A stretch of 64,000 bases of DNA from Actinomycetota bacterium (lineage in GTDB: Bacteria > Actinomycetota > UBA4738 > HRBIN12), in the NCBI GenBank assembly GCA_036556805.1, contig DATBIS010000116.1, positions 7,862 through 71,861 of the forward strand, read 5' to 3'. Each line of letters begins with the position of its first letter. Position 1 is the stretch's first letter. Below the pieces are notes generated by a model, which was not told the DNA's origin, made no database searches, and was given only the letters and a program-made list of their open reading frames with translations. The translations under genes were made by a program, and so were the position numbers. Positions 8,352 through 16,786 of the stretch are shown piece after piece.

Positions 8352-8629
8352 TGCGAATCTCGGAACTGCTGAACCGGGAGGTCGTGACCGAGTCGGGTCG
8401 GCGGCTGGGGCGCATCCACGATGTCCGCGGCGAGCTCGTGGGGAATCGGCTTCTCGTGACCGGGCTGATCGCCGGCAAGCTCGGAATCCTCGAACGTTTC
8501 GGGATCGGGACCCACGGAAGCGGTGGCCCGGGGGAGGCGCGAGTACACGGGCAGGACATGATCCCGGTGGACCGAATCGTTCGCGTCGGACCTGAGATCA
8601 CGGTCGCCGACGAACGCCCGAGCTCCTAG
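8351..8629 (+). CDS. PRC-barrel domain protein (second, tandem paralog)
   Basis: 92 aa. The ATG overlaps the stop of the previous gene. ISELLNREVVTESGRRLGRIHDVRGEL is a PRC-barrel signature. Confidence 0.6.
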   Translation: MRISELLNREVVTESGRRLGRIHDVRGELVGNRLLVTGLIAGKLGILERFGIGTHGSGGPGEARVHGQDMIPVDRIVRVGPEITVADERPSS

Positions 8630-8955
8630 CGGCGCCCAAGAGCGCGGGCGAGCTCGGCCTTCGACATCGTGGAGCGACCGCGGATGTTCCGCTCCTTGGC
8701 CTCGTTGTACAGCTGGTCGTAGGTGCGCCCGCCGGGGCCCGAATGCGAACGCAGGCCGCCGCGCCGTCCCGAGGAGATGTCCTCGATCGAGGACCGGCTC
8801 GCCGTCCTGGCCTCACCGGACCTTGCCCGCTCCTTGTTGACGGTGCGGGCCGCGATCTCCTCGGCGGTGTCCTCGGACCGCCCTCGTTTCCGAAGCCCTT
8901 GCTTGATGTGCTCGTACTGCCGTTCCCGCTTCTTGCTCCACGCCCGCTGCGGCAT
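8626..8955 (-). CDS. Conserved small actinobacterial protein with a C-terminal Rho_N-like motif
   Basis: 109 aa. Conserved-looking N-terminus MPQRAWSKKRERQYEHIKQG...EEIAARTVNKERARSGE, and C-terminal RSTMSKAELARALG resembling the Rho-termination-factor N-terminal domain. Confidence 0.65.
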   Translation of the reverse strand: MPQRAWSKKRERQYEHIKQGLRKRGRSEDTAEEIAARTVNKERARSGEARTASRSSIEDISSGRRGGLRSHSGPGGRTYDQLYNEAKERNIRGRSTMSKAELARALGRR

Positions 8956-8979
8956 GTTCGATCCCCTCCTTCGACGGAA

Positions 8980-9507
8980 TCAGGCGACGTCGGCGAGGAC
9001 CGGCTGCGGACGCCACTCGCCGATCAGGGCCTCGAGGTCGCGGTAGACCGGGACGCCGTAGCGTCGGCCGGCGCGACGGAGCGCCTTTGCGGCGGACGGG
9101 GTCGGGCCGTACAGGGCGCGGACGCGCGCGAACTCCGTCCGCCACCAGTGGGGTCCGACGGCCGAGCGACCCCAGCCCTCAACGACGCCGAGCACGAGGC
9201 CGTCGCGCCCGCCGGAGCCGGATGTGGCGTGCCACCACGTCTGTGCGATCGCGGGGGATGACCGTTCCTCCGGCACGTCGTGCAGCCCGTAGATGCCGCA
9301 CGTGCAATGCCCGCTGGGCGCGCCGTCGAGGTGGTTGTTCTCCTCCGCGCGCCACGGCAACAGCCGGCGGCTCGCCAGGCAGCGGGCCGTGTTCATGCCC
9401 GGCGCCCAACGCACGAACGTGCGAAGCGGGGAGCGCAGCTCACCGTTCGCCTCGAATCGCCACCACCGGAAGCCGTAGAAGCCCGTTGCCTCGAGCAGCC
9501 TGTCCAT
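8980..9507 (-). CDS. Hypothetical Trp-rich protein
   Basis: Internal ATG of ORF 8980..9633 giving 175 aa (FYGFRWWRFEANGEL...HCTCGIYGLHDV). No family recognised. The ORFs in the other frames look worse. Confidence 0.45.
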   Translation of the reverse strand: MDRLLEATGFYGFRWWRFEANGELRSPLRTFVRWAPGMNTARCLASRRLLPWRAEENNHLDGAPSGHCTCGIYGLHDVPEERSSPAIAQTWWHATSGSGGRDGLVLGVVEGWGRSAVGPHWWRTEFARVRALYGPTPSAAKALRRAGRRYGVPVYRDLEALIGEWRPQPVLADVA

Positions 9508-9619
9508 CCGTACCCCCTGGGAACGACGTGCCTGGACAAGCCATCCCCGGGAGGGTCGCCGGCTAAACGCCCCGGGTCGTGGTGTGGGCCCGATACCACT
9601 TTTCCCGTAGGCTTGAGGC

Positions 9620-9820
9620 ATGCCGGACAGCATGGGAAAGCGTCAACGTCGCGACGTCAAGGCTCGCAAGGCCGCGGCGATCGAGGAGCGGAGGCTCGCG
9701 CGCCGGCAGCGTGCGGCCGACCGCGCCGCCGGCGTGATCCCCCCCGGCCCCGGCCTCGGCGAGCCGCCCGAGCCGCTCATCGGCCCCGGCGAGGACGAGC
9801 CCGAGCACGACGAGAGCTAG
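9620..9820 (+). CDS. Small basic protein (hypothetical)
   Basis: 66 aa, Lys/Arg-rich N-terminus (GKRQRRDVKARKAAAIEERRLARRQ) and acidic C-terminus. Could be a real small protein or chance. Confidence 0.3.
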   Translation: MPDSMGKRQRRDVKARKAAAIEERRLARRQRAADRAAGVIPPGPGLGEPPEPLIGPGEDEPEHDES

Positions 9821-9973
9821 CGGCTCTTCCCGCATCCTTGCCTTCTCCGGCAAGCGGCGGTAGACCGTTCCACGCAACCCCCCATCGGAGGACAACCGGC
9901 CGGCGTTCGGCGGCGTCGTGATGCTGTTTTCGGGCGTTCGGGCGCAGCACAAAACGGCGTCGGGTTGGCAGAG

Positions 9974-10000
9974 GGCGGCGGTCCCTTCGGGACCGCCGCC
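9974..10000. terminator. GC-rich hairpin between convergent genes (candidate bidirectional terminator)
   Basis: GGCGGCGGTCCC-TTC-GGGACCGCCGCC, a 12-bp perfect stem. No T-tract. Confidence 0.4.
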
Positions 10001-10057
10001 TCACGTTTGGACCGGCCCGGACGGGGGTAGCGCCGAACGCATCGTGTCGAACCCGAG

Positions 10058-10453
10058 TCAGGCAGACAGCCCCGTGTCGCGTGCCACCTCGAACCACACC
10101 GTGGTCTCGTCGTTGCGGTGGATCCCCCAGCGGGCGGCGATGCGTCGCAGCAGGGTCAGACCCCAGCCGGCCTCGAGATTGCGAGCCGGTCCCGCCGTGT
10201 CGGGATCGAAGCCCGGCCCCGAGTCGGTGACGGCGACGTGGACCTGGCGAGTGTCCACCCGAACACGGAGCTCGATGGATTCGTTCGCCGAAAGGCGCGC
10301 GTGCCGGACGCTGTTGGTGACGAGCTCGCTCACCAGCAACATCGTCTCCTCGAACGCGCGCCGGTCGAGGCTCGGGCGCATCCCCTCGAGGGCGCGCCGG
10401 GCGGCGGCCGGGGCCCGGGCGTCCGCGGGCAACGACACATCGAAATCGAACAC
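10058..10453 (-). CDS. HATPase_c anti-sigma regulatory factor (RsbW-like Ser/Thr kinase)
   Basis: 131 aa with an N-box (ELVTNSVRHA) and G-boxes (DSGPGF, GWGLTLL). Confidence 0.8.
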   Translation of the reverse strand: MFDFDVSLPADARAPAAARRALEGMRPSLDRRAFEETMLLVSELVTNSVRHARLSANESIELRVRVDTRQVHVAVTDSGPGFDPDTAGPARNLEAGWGLTLLRRIAARWGIHRNDETTVWFEVARDTGLSA

Positions 10454-10541
10454 GAATGCTGCCTACCCGGATGCTCCGGACGTCAATCGAGGCAATCTCG
10501 CTCGTCCTTCGACGCGGAGCCGTGCCTGGAGAACGCGGCGG

Positions 10542-10847
10542 CTAGTCCTCGAGACGGATGTCGTCGACGCGATCCAGTCCGGTCACCGCGAAGACCTCAC
10601 GGACGAACGGCGAGGCGTGCTCGACGACGAGGGTGCCCCGCCCCGCGAGCTTCCTCGCGAGCGAGAGAAGGCCGTGCAGGCCGGAGCTGTCGATGAACGA
10701 GAGGTCGGTGGCGTCCAGCCGCAGGTCGCCGGGTTCCCCTGCCCTGGGGCCGATCGCCTCGACGAGCGCCTCGACCGACGCGAGATCGAGCTCACCCTCG
10801 AGCCGGAAGGCGCGCGGGTCGTCCGTGGGCTCCACGCGAAATGGCAT
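10542..10847 (-). CDS. STAS-domain anti-sigma-factor antagonist
   Basis: Internal ATG of ORF 10542..10919, about 101 aa, with an FIDSSGLHGLL motif. Lies upstream of the HATPase gene on the same strand. Confidence 0.8.
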   Translation of the reverse strand: MPFRVEPTDDPRAFRLEGELDLASVEALVEAIGPRAGEPGDLRLDATDLSFIDSSGLHGLLSLARKLAGRGTLVVEHASPFVREVFAVTGLDRVDDIRLED

Positions 10848-10933
10848 CCTTGGATCCCCCAGTCGGTTCGCGCGGACCGTATCGCGAGCGGGCACCGGCG
10901 TCAGTACGCCACCGTACACGGGGCCGGTGCGGC

Positions 10934-11668
10934 ATGGTGAGCTGGCTGAGCGTCGACGGCGACGGCGAGCTCGGAACGCCGAACCATCTGCTCGGCGCGC
11001 TGCCCCCCGCCGATGTCGAGGGCTTCCTCGGTCGTCTCCAGCGCCGGTTGACGGAGCCGGGCGACGTGCTCTACCAGCCCGGCCGCCGGCTCGATCACGT
11101 GTTCTTCCCGGAGACCGCGGTGGTCTCGATCCTCACGATGCTCGCGGACGGCTCCGGCATCGAGACCGCCACGATCGGAAGGGAGGGAATGGCGGGGATC
11201 TTCCTGTTCCTGGGCGACGACCGGAGCCGCAACGGGCGCGCCGTCGTGCAGATGGGCGGATCCGTCCTTCGCCTCGACGTTGACGCGTTCCGTGCGGGCG
11301 TCGCGGCGAGCGCGAAGTTCGAACAGCTGATGATCATGTACTCGCGCGCGTTCCTCCTCCAGGTCTCGCAGAGCGTCGCGTGCGGCGCGGTGCATCCGAT
11401 CCGGGCGCGGCTCGCGCGCTGGCTCCTGCAGACGAGCGACCGCAGGACCTCGGAGGACGTCGCGCTCACCCAGCAGTTCCTCGCCGACATCCTCGGCGTG
11501 CGCCGGGCTTCCGTGAGCGAGGCGGTGAGCGACCTGAAGGATCGGGGCGTGGTTGCCGTGCGTCGCGGCGGGCTCATGATCATCGATCGCACCGGCCTCG
11601 CCCGGTACGCGTGCGAATGCTACGGCGTGGTGCGCGACGAGTACGCTCGCCTGGCACCCGGCGGCTGA
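10934..11668 (+). CDS. Crp/Fnr-family transcriptional regulator
   Basis: cNMP-binding beta-roll plus a C-terminal HTH (LTQQFLADILGVRRASVSEAVSDLKDRG). Start set at the internal ATG (MVSWLSVDG). Confidence 0.85.
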   Translation: MVSWLSVDGDGELGTPNHLLGALPPADVEGFLGRLQRRLTEPGDVLYQPGRRLDHVFFPETAVVSILTMLADGSGIETATIGREGMAGIFLFLGDDRSRNGRAVVQMGGSVLRLDVDAFRAGVAASAKFEQLMIMYSRAFLLQVSQSVACGAVHPIRARLARWLLQTSDRRTSEDVALTQQFLADILGVRRASVSEAVSDLKDRGVVAVRRGGLMIIDRTGLARYACECYGVVRDEYARLAPGG

Positions 11669-11710
11669 TCGTCCGCCCGTCGCCAGCGTACGAGCGTCTA
11701 CGCTGCGGCG

Positions 11711-12757
11711 GTGAGCGTCTACGACCTCTCGCTCGAGCAGCTCGGCGAGCGCTTCCGCAGCTGGGGGGAGCCGGCCTTCCGCGCGCGGCAGGTCTACGCG
11801 CAGCTCTGGCGGCGAGCCGCCCGCTACGAGGAGATGTCCGACGTGCCCGCTCGGGTACGCGAGCGCTGCGAGACCGACCTTCCGCTCGACGTGACGGTGC
11901 TCGCCGAGCGCACGGCCGACCGCGGAGCAACCCGGAAGGCGCTGCTGGAGCTCGGTTCGGACCGCCACGTGATCGAGGCGGTGCTGATGGGCTACCCGGG
12001 CCGCGTCACGGTGTGCGTCTCGACGCAGGTCGGCTGCGCGATGGGGTGCGGGTTCTGCGCGACGGGACAGATGGGACTCCTCGGCAACCTGAGCGCGGGG
12101 GAGATCGCCGCGCAGGTGATCTGGGCCAAGCGCGAGGTGGCGCGGCTTCCCCCGTCGACGCCCCGGCGACTGACGAACGTCGTGTTCATGGGCATGGGTG
12201 AACCGCTCGCGAACGAGCGCGGCACCTTCGGCGCGATGGAGCGGCTCACCGATCCGGCTGCGCTCGGCCTCGGTGCCCGCCATCTCACGGTCTCCACGGT
12301 CGGCCTGATCCCCGGCATCCGTCACCTCGCGAGCGCGCACCCGCAGGTCGGCCTCGCGGTGTCGCTCCACGCCGCGAGCGATGAGCTCCGGTCGCAGCTC
12401 GTCCCACCGAACGATCTGTACCCGCTCGAGGCGCTCGAGTCGGCGATGGCGGACTGGCGCGGCACCACCCGCCGCCGTCCATCGATCGAGTGGGCCATGA
12501 TCGATCACGTCAACGACACCGAGGAGCAAGCAGCGCTCCTCGCGCCGATCGCACGGCGCCTAGGCGCCCACGTGAACCTGATCCCCCTCAACCCGACGCC
12601 GGGATACCCGGTCGTCGGCTCCTCGAAGACGCGGATCCGCAGGTTCGTCGACGTGCTCGAACGAGCACGGGTGAACGTCACCGTCCGTGACACGAGAGGG
12701 CGACGGATCGACGCCGCTTGCGGGCAGCTCAGGCTCGAGCTCACGCCGACCCCGTGA
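11711..12757 (+). CDS. rlmN: 23S rRNA/tRNA adenine-C2 methyltransferase RlmN (radical SAM)
   Basis: 348 aa with a CxxxCxxC cluster (GCAMGCGFCATG) and conserved RlmN blocks (VFMGMGEPLAN, STVGLIPGI). Confidence 0.9.
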   Translation: MSVYDLSLEQLGERFRSWGEPAFRARQVYAQLWRRAARYEEMSDVPARVRERCETDLPLDVTVLAERTADRGATRKALLELGSDRHVIEAVLMGYPGRVTVCVSTQVGCAMGCGFCATGQMGLLGNLSAGEIAAQVIWAKREVARLPPSTPRRLTNVVFMGMGEPLANERGTFGAMERLTDPAALGLGARHLTVSTVGLIPGIRHLASAHPQVGLAVSLHAASDELRSQLVPPNDLYPLEALESAMADWRGTTRRRPSIEWAMIDHVNDTEEQAALLAPIARRLGAHVNLIPLNPTPGYPVVGSSKTRIRRFVDVLERARVNVTVRDTRGRRIDAACGQLRLELTPTP

Positions 12758-12768
12758 CGCCTCGCGGG

Positions 12769-13365
12769 TCAGCGCTGCTCGACGAGCGGCGTCAGCAGCT
12801 CCTCGAGCGGCCCGGTACCGAGGTCGTGCACCTCGATCGGCTTCCCCATCCACGCGGCGATCTCGCGCGCCTTCGACTCCCGGCCCGGGTCCACGTGCTG
12901 CCGCACGAACAGGATCCGCTCGATGTTGCCGAAGTACGTCTCCTGCAGGTCCGGATAACGATCGAGCCCGAGCGCCCGAACGACCGCGCGCTCCCAGTTC
13001 GCGACCAGCCAGTCGGTGAGGAAGTAGATGCCGACGTCGTCCTCGAACCGGCGGAACACCTCGCCGGCGTACCACTGGAAGCAGTGGGCGCCGGCGGGGC
13101 GCACCGTGGGGTAGCGGCGGAGCACCTCGTCGAGCGCCCCGCCGGTCCCGCAGTCGCCGTAGACGACGATCACTCGTTCGTAGGAGGGAAGGAGGTCGAG
13201 GAGCTTCGCCTCGACCGCCGGCGCGATGTCACCGGGGGTCATGTGCAGGTCGGACGAGATGCCGTGCACGTCGGCGTCCCATCCTCGTCGTCGCACGAGC
13301 GCGGCGGTGTCGATCGCGACCGCCCCGCACGCGAGGAACGCGAGCCGCGCGCCGGTCGCCGTCAC
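12769..13365 (-). CDS. DUF1638-domain protein
   Basis: Start moved to the in-frame GTG (VTATGARLAFLACGAV...). Conserved DUF1638 features (VIVVYGDCGTGG). Confidence 0.65.
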   Translation of the reverse strand: MTATGARLAFLACGAVAIDTAALVRRRGWDADVHGISSDLHMTPGDIAPAVEAKLLDLLPSYERVIVVYGDCGTGGALDEVLRRYPTVRPAGAHCFQWYAGEVFRRFEDDVGIYFLTDWLVANWERAVVRALGLDRYPDLQETYFGNIERILFVRQHVDPGRESKAREIAAWMGKPIEVHDLGTGPLEELLTPLVEQR

Positions 13366-13415
13366 GCGCGCGTCACCTCGCGGCGCCACGTGCGGCTCGG
13401 GGAGGCCATGCGCCG

Positions 13416-14954
13416 ATGATACGGTCGGCGAGCATGGATCCGGCCCGGCTCCGCGACCGCTCTCGCCTCGCGCTGTGGGCATCGGCGACCGGCATCACGC
13501 TCGTGGCGTTGGTCGCGTCCGTCCCCGGCGCTCCGTTGCAGCCCGTGCTCCCCGACGGGGTCGTACCGGGCGGTCCGTTCGCCGCGATCGCAAGCGCCGT
13601 CGGTCTCGACGCGGTCTCGTCGACTGCCCTCGTCACGATCTCCGTGATCGCGGTGACGTTCGGGGCACTCGCGTTCCTCTTCGTCCTGCGCGAAGCGTGG
13701 CGCGGGAACGTGTCGCTGCGCTCGGTCGTGGTGCTCGCGATCGCCGCGCACCTCGTCGTGCTGACCCTGCCGCTCCTCGTGTCGCGCGACGTGTACTCCT
13801 ACATCGCCTACGGGCAGATCGCCGGGCTTCACCACGCGAACCCGTACGTCCAGACCCCCGCGGACTTCCCGCTGGATCCGATCGCCTCGCTCGTGGGCCC
13901 GAAGTGGATCGCCACGCCGGCCGTGTACGGGCCGCTGTTCACCTCGATGGCCGCGCTGCTCACGCGCGCGATCGGCGGCATCGCCGCACTCGTGGACGTG
14001 TTCCGCGTGATCGCGGCAGCCGCGAGCCTCGGCACGCTCGCGATCGTCGTGTGGCTCGCGAAGCGGCTCGCTCCTCGCCGGGTGGCGTTCGCGGCGGCCG
14101 CGTTCGCGCTGAACCCCGTCGTGCTGTTCCAGTCGGTCGGCAGCGGGCACAACGACCTGCTGGTGGGGCTCTCGATCGCGGGCGCCCTCGCGCTCGTCGT
14201 CGTCGGCCGGACCCACTGGGCCGTGGCGGCGCTCGCGGCCGGCACGCTGGTGAAGGCGCCCGCCGCGTTGCCGCTCGTGCTGCTGATCGTGTGGGTGGTC
14301 GCCCGGCGGCCGCCTGCCGAACGGCTTCGCGCGCTCGCCTCGCACGTTGGCCTCGCGGCGGCGATCGGGCTCGCGTTCGCCGCGCCCTACCTCCAACGCG
14401 AGGATCCGACGCTCGGCATGGCGGAGCTTGCCGGCCACGAGGGCTGGCTCGCGCCGTCGCGGCTGGCCCGACGCGTGCTCGACGCGATCAGCGCGGATAC
14501 GGCCGGCGTCGCCGCGCGCGTGCTGTTCGCGATCGTGCTCGTCGCCGTGGTGGGAGCTCTCGGATGGCGGGTCGTGCGGCGCGCTCACGAGATCTCGCCC
14601 GTCGGCCTCGGCGCGGCGTGGGGCTGGGCCTTGCTCGCCCTCATGCTGCTCGGCCCCGTGCTCCTGCCGTGGTACGCGACGTGGGCGCTGCCCCTCGTCT
14701 GGCTGGTGCCGCTCGTGCCTCGCGGCGTGCTGCTCACGACCTCGACCGCGCTCGTCGTTTCGCAGTGGACGGCCGAGCCGGACCGCTTCCCCGGCGCGTA
14801 CGACGCGAACGTCCTGGTGGGCCACTACGTGATCACGCCGATCGTCGTGCTGGCGCTGGCGGCGCTCCTGCTCGACCTACGGCGACGGCTCGTCGCCGGT
14901 TCGCCGCTCGAGGACGGCATGGACGAGGTATCCGCCGCCGCCCACCGCGATTGA
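13416..14954 (+). CDS. Polytopic membrane glycosyltransferase-like protein (GT87/DUF2029-like, GT-C fold)
   Basis: 512 aa, about 12 TM. Blocks DVYSYIAYGQI and GSGHNDLL are typical of mannosyltransferase-like GT-C enzymes. Confidence 0.75.
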   Translation: MIRSASMDPARLRDRSRLALWASATGITLVALVASVPGAPLQPVLPDGVVPGGPFAAIASAVGLDAVSSTALVTISVIAVTFGALAFLFVLREAWRGNVSLRSVVVLAIAAHLVVLTLPLLVSRDVYSYIAYGQIAGLHHANPYVQTPADFPLDPIASLVGPKWIATPAVYGPLFTSMAALLTRAIGGIAALVDVFRVIAAAASLGTLAIVVWLAKRLAPRRVAFAAAAFALNPVVLFQSVGSGHNDLLVGLSIAGALALVVVGRTHWAVAALAAGTLVKAPAALPLVLLIVWVVARRPPAERLRALASHVGLAAAIGLAFAAPYLQREDPTLGMAELAGHEGWLAPSRLARRVLDAISADTAGVAARVLFAIVLVAVVGALGWRVVRRAHEISPVGLGAAWGWALLALMLLGPVLLPWYATWALPLVWLVPLVPRGVLLTTSTALVVSQWTAEPDRFPGAYDANVLVGHYVITPIVVLALAALLLDLRRRLVAGSPLEDGMDEVSAAAHRD

Positions 14955-16739
14955 CGTCGCCGCCGGGCCGATCGAACCGTCGAGCGGCACGCCGAGCCGC
15001 TCGAGCGCGATGCCGCCGAGCGCGAGCGCGGCGAGGCCCAACGCCGGCGAGAGCGCCGCGGCCGCGGTGCGATCGAAACCGGCCGCCCGCGCCCAGCCGA
15101 AGCCGACCGCCGCGAACAGCGCGAGCGTCGCGAACGTCACCAGCACGATCTGCATCGCCGACGACGGCCGCAGTGGATCGTCGGGCTCTGCTGCCCGCGT
15201 CACGGCGGTGGACGTTCGTGCGATGACGCCCGGACCAAGCTCCTGGACCGCCATGCCGAGCTTGAACACCGCGTTCTCGTAGAGGTCGGGCCCCAGGACG
15301 AACGACGACAACGCGAAGGTGACCGGCGGGGGTGCGACCTCGGCGGCGGCCTCGTCGTTCGCCGCCCGCAACGCCGCGTCCGCGCGTTCGAACAACAGCC
15401 GCCGCTCCTCGGTCGCGTCTGCTGCGGGAAGGAACAGCAGGTGCACGTCGCGGATGCGGTCGCTTGGCACGGCGGCGCGGATGGCGTTCTCCGCCTGCGT
15501 CGCGAAGAACGTGATCGTGGGGTCCCCCGTCTCGACGTAGAAGAAGGCCGGCGTGCCGGCGGGCATCCGTTCGAGCAGCCGGGAGGCGGTCGTGACCTGG
15601 GCGATCTGCTCCTCCGTGAGGTACGGCTTCTCGCGACGCCAGGCGAAGAGCGCGCCGAGCACCATGAGGACGACGAGCAGTGCGAGCAGCGCCACCGCGA
15701 GGGCTCGGTTCGTCACCGCACGCCCCACGCGGATCGCGCCGATGCCCGCGAGCATCGGCACGACGTAGCCGAAGGTCACGAACCGGTCGGGTGGGAGGAG
15801 ACCGGTCGCGAGCCCGACGACGATCCCCGCGATCGTCACGATGCCCCACGACGCGAGAAAGCGCGCCACGAAACCGCGCACCTTGAGGAGGCCCACTACG
15901 GCGAGCGGGACGGAGATCCACTGGACGTACCGCGTCGCGCGATGCACGAAGCGATCCCGGAACAGATGCCGCAGCGTGCCCGTCTCCCCCACGCGACGGA
16001 GGAAGGCATCCCGGGACGTATCGACGTCCGGTGGGCCGGGGCCCCGCAGCAACGCCAGCCAGCCCGCCCCGACGAGCACGACCGAGCCGGCCGCGGACAT
16101 CGCGATGCGTCGCCGCTCCTCCCTTCCCTCATCCGGGTCGCGCAGCGACAGCGCCGCGGTCCCCGCGAGGATCGCGAGGCCGACGAGGTAGAACTGCGGA
16201 TGGAACGCGCCGCCGGCGGCGAGCAGGAGCGCGGTCGCGATCGTCCCACGGCGATGTGCGAGCGCGAGTGAAGCGGCCGCCCCAAGGAACGCGACCGCGA
16301 GCCCGAGGTTCGCGAGGTAGCCGCTCACCAGGTGGACGCCGAACACGCCGGTGAGCGCCCCGCCGAGGAGCCACGCCGACCGGTCCTCTCGGTCGGCCGC
16401 GCGCAGCACCACCGCCGCCGCGAGCCCGAGGGCGCATCCGAGCACGCACTGGAGGGCAGCGATCGACGCGACGAGCGGAACGTGGAGCGTGCCCTGCAGG
16501 AGCAGCGAGATCGCCGGCACGCCTGGCCGCTCCATCGTCGACAGTCCCTCGTTTCCCGCGAGCCTCGCCCACCACAGGTAGACGGGGCCGTCGGGCCCGA
16601 CGGGAAGGCCGAAGCCGCGCACCACGAAGAGCCCGAGGAAGAAGGCGAGCAGGAGGAGTGCGAGCCCGGCGATCGGCGGGAGCTCGCCGAGGCGACCCCG
16701 GACCGCGCGATCCCTCACGCGTCGGAATCTACTGCACAT
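14877..16739 (-). CDS. Large polytopic membrane protein (putative GT-C-like glycosyltransferase, uncharacterised)
   Basis: 620 aa: many N-terminal TM helices, a central soluble Ala-rich domain, C-terminal TM helices. Convergent with the previous gene, 78-nt 3' overlap. Confidence 0.7.
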   Translation of the reverse strand: MCSRFRRVRDRAVRGRLGELPPIAGLALLLLAFFLGLFVVRGFGLPVGPDGPVYLWWARLAGNEGLSTMERPGVPAISLLLQGTLHVPLVASIAALQCVLGCALGLAAAVVLRAADREDRSAWLLGGALTGVFGVHLVSGYLANLGLAVAFLGAAASLALAHRRGTIATALLLAAGGAFHPQFYLVGLAILAGTAALSLRDPDEGREERRRIAMSAAGSVVLVGAGWLALLRGPGPPDVDTSRDAFLRRVGETGTLRHLFRDRFVHRATRYVQWISVPLAVVGLLKVRGFVARFLASWGIVTIAGIVVGLATGLLPPDRFVTFGYVVPMLAGIGAIRVGRAVTNRALAVALLALLVVLMVLGALFAWRREKPYLTEEQIAQVTTASRLLERMPAGTPAFFYVETGDPTITFFATQAENAIRAAVPSDRIRDVHLLFLPAADATEERRLLFERADAALRAANDEAAAEVAPPPVTFALSSFVLGPDLYENAVFKLGMAVQELGPGVIARTSTAVTRAAEPDDPLRPSSAMQIVLVTFATLALFAAVGFGWARAAGFDRTAAAALSPALGLAALALGGIALERLGVPLDGSIGPAATSIAVGGGGYLVHAVLERRTGDEPSP

Positions 16740-16786
16740 CTCGAGCGGACCGGGATCGGTCGGGCCGTCGCTAGAATCGCGGGTCC

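Noticed and set aside
13362-16271. Several long ORFs (13362..14825-, 14833..15921-, 15441..16271+)
   Set aside because: All are antisense or frame-shifted relative to the two polytopic membrane-protein genes, whose translations show clear TM periodicity.
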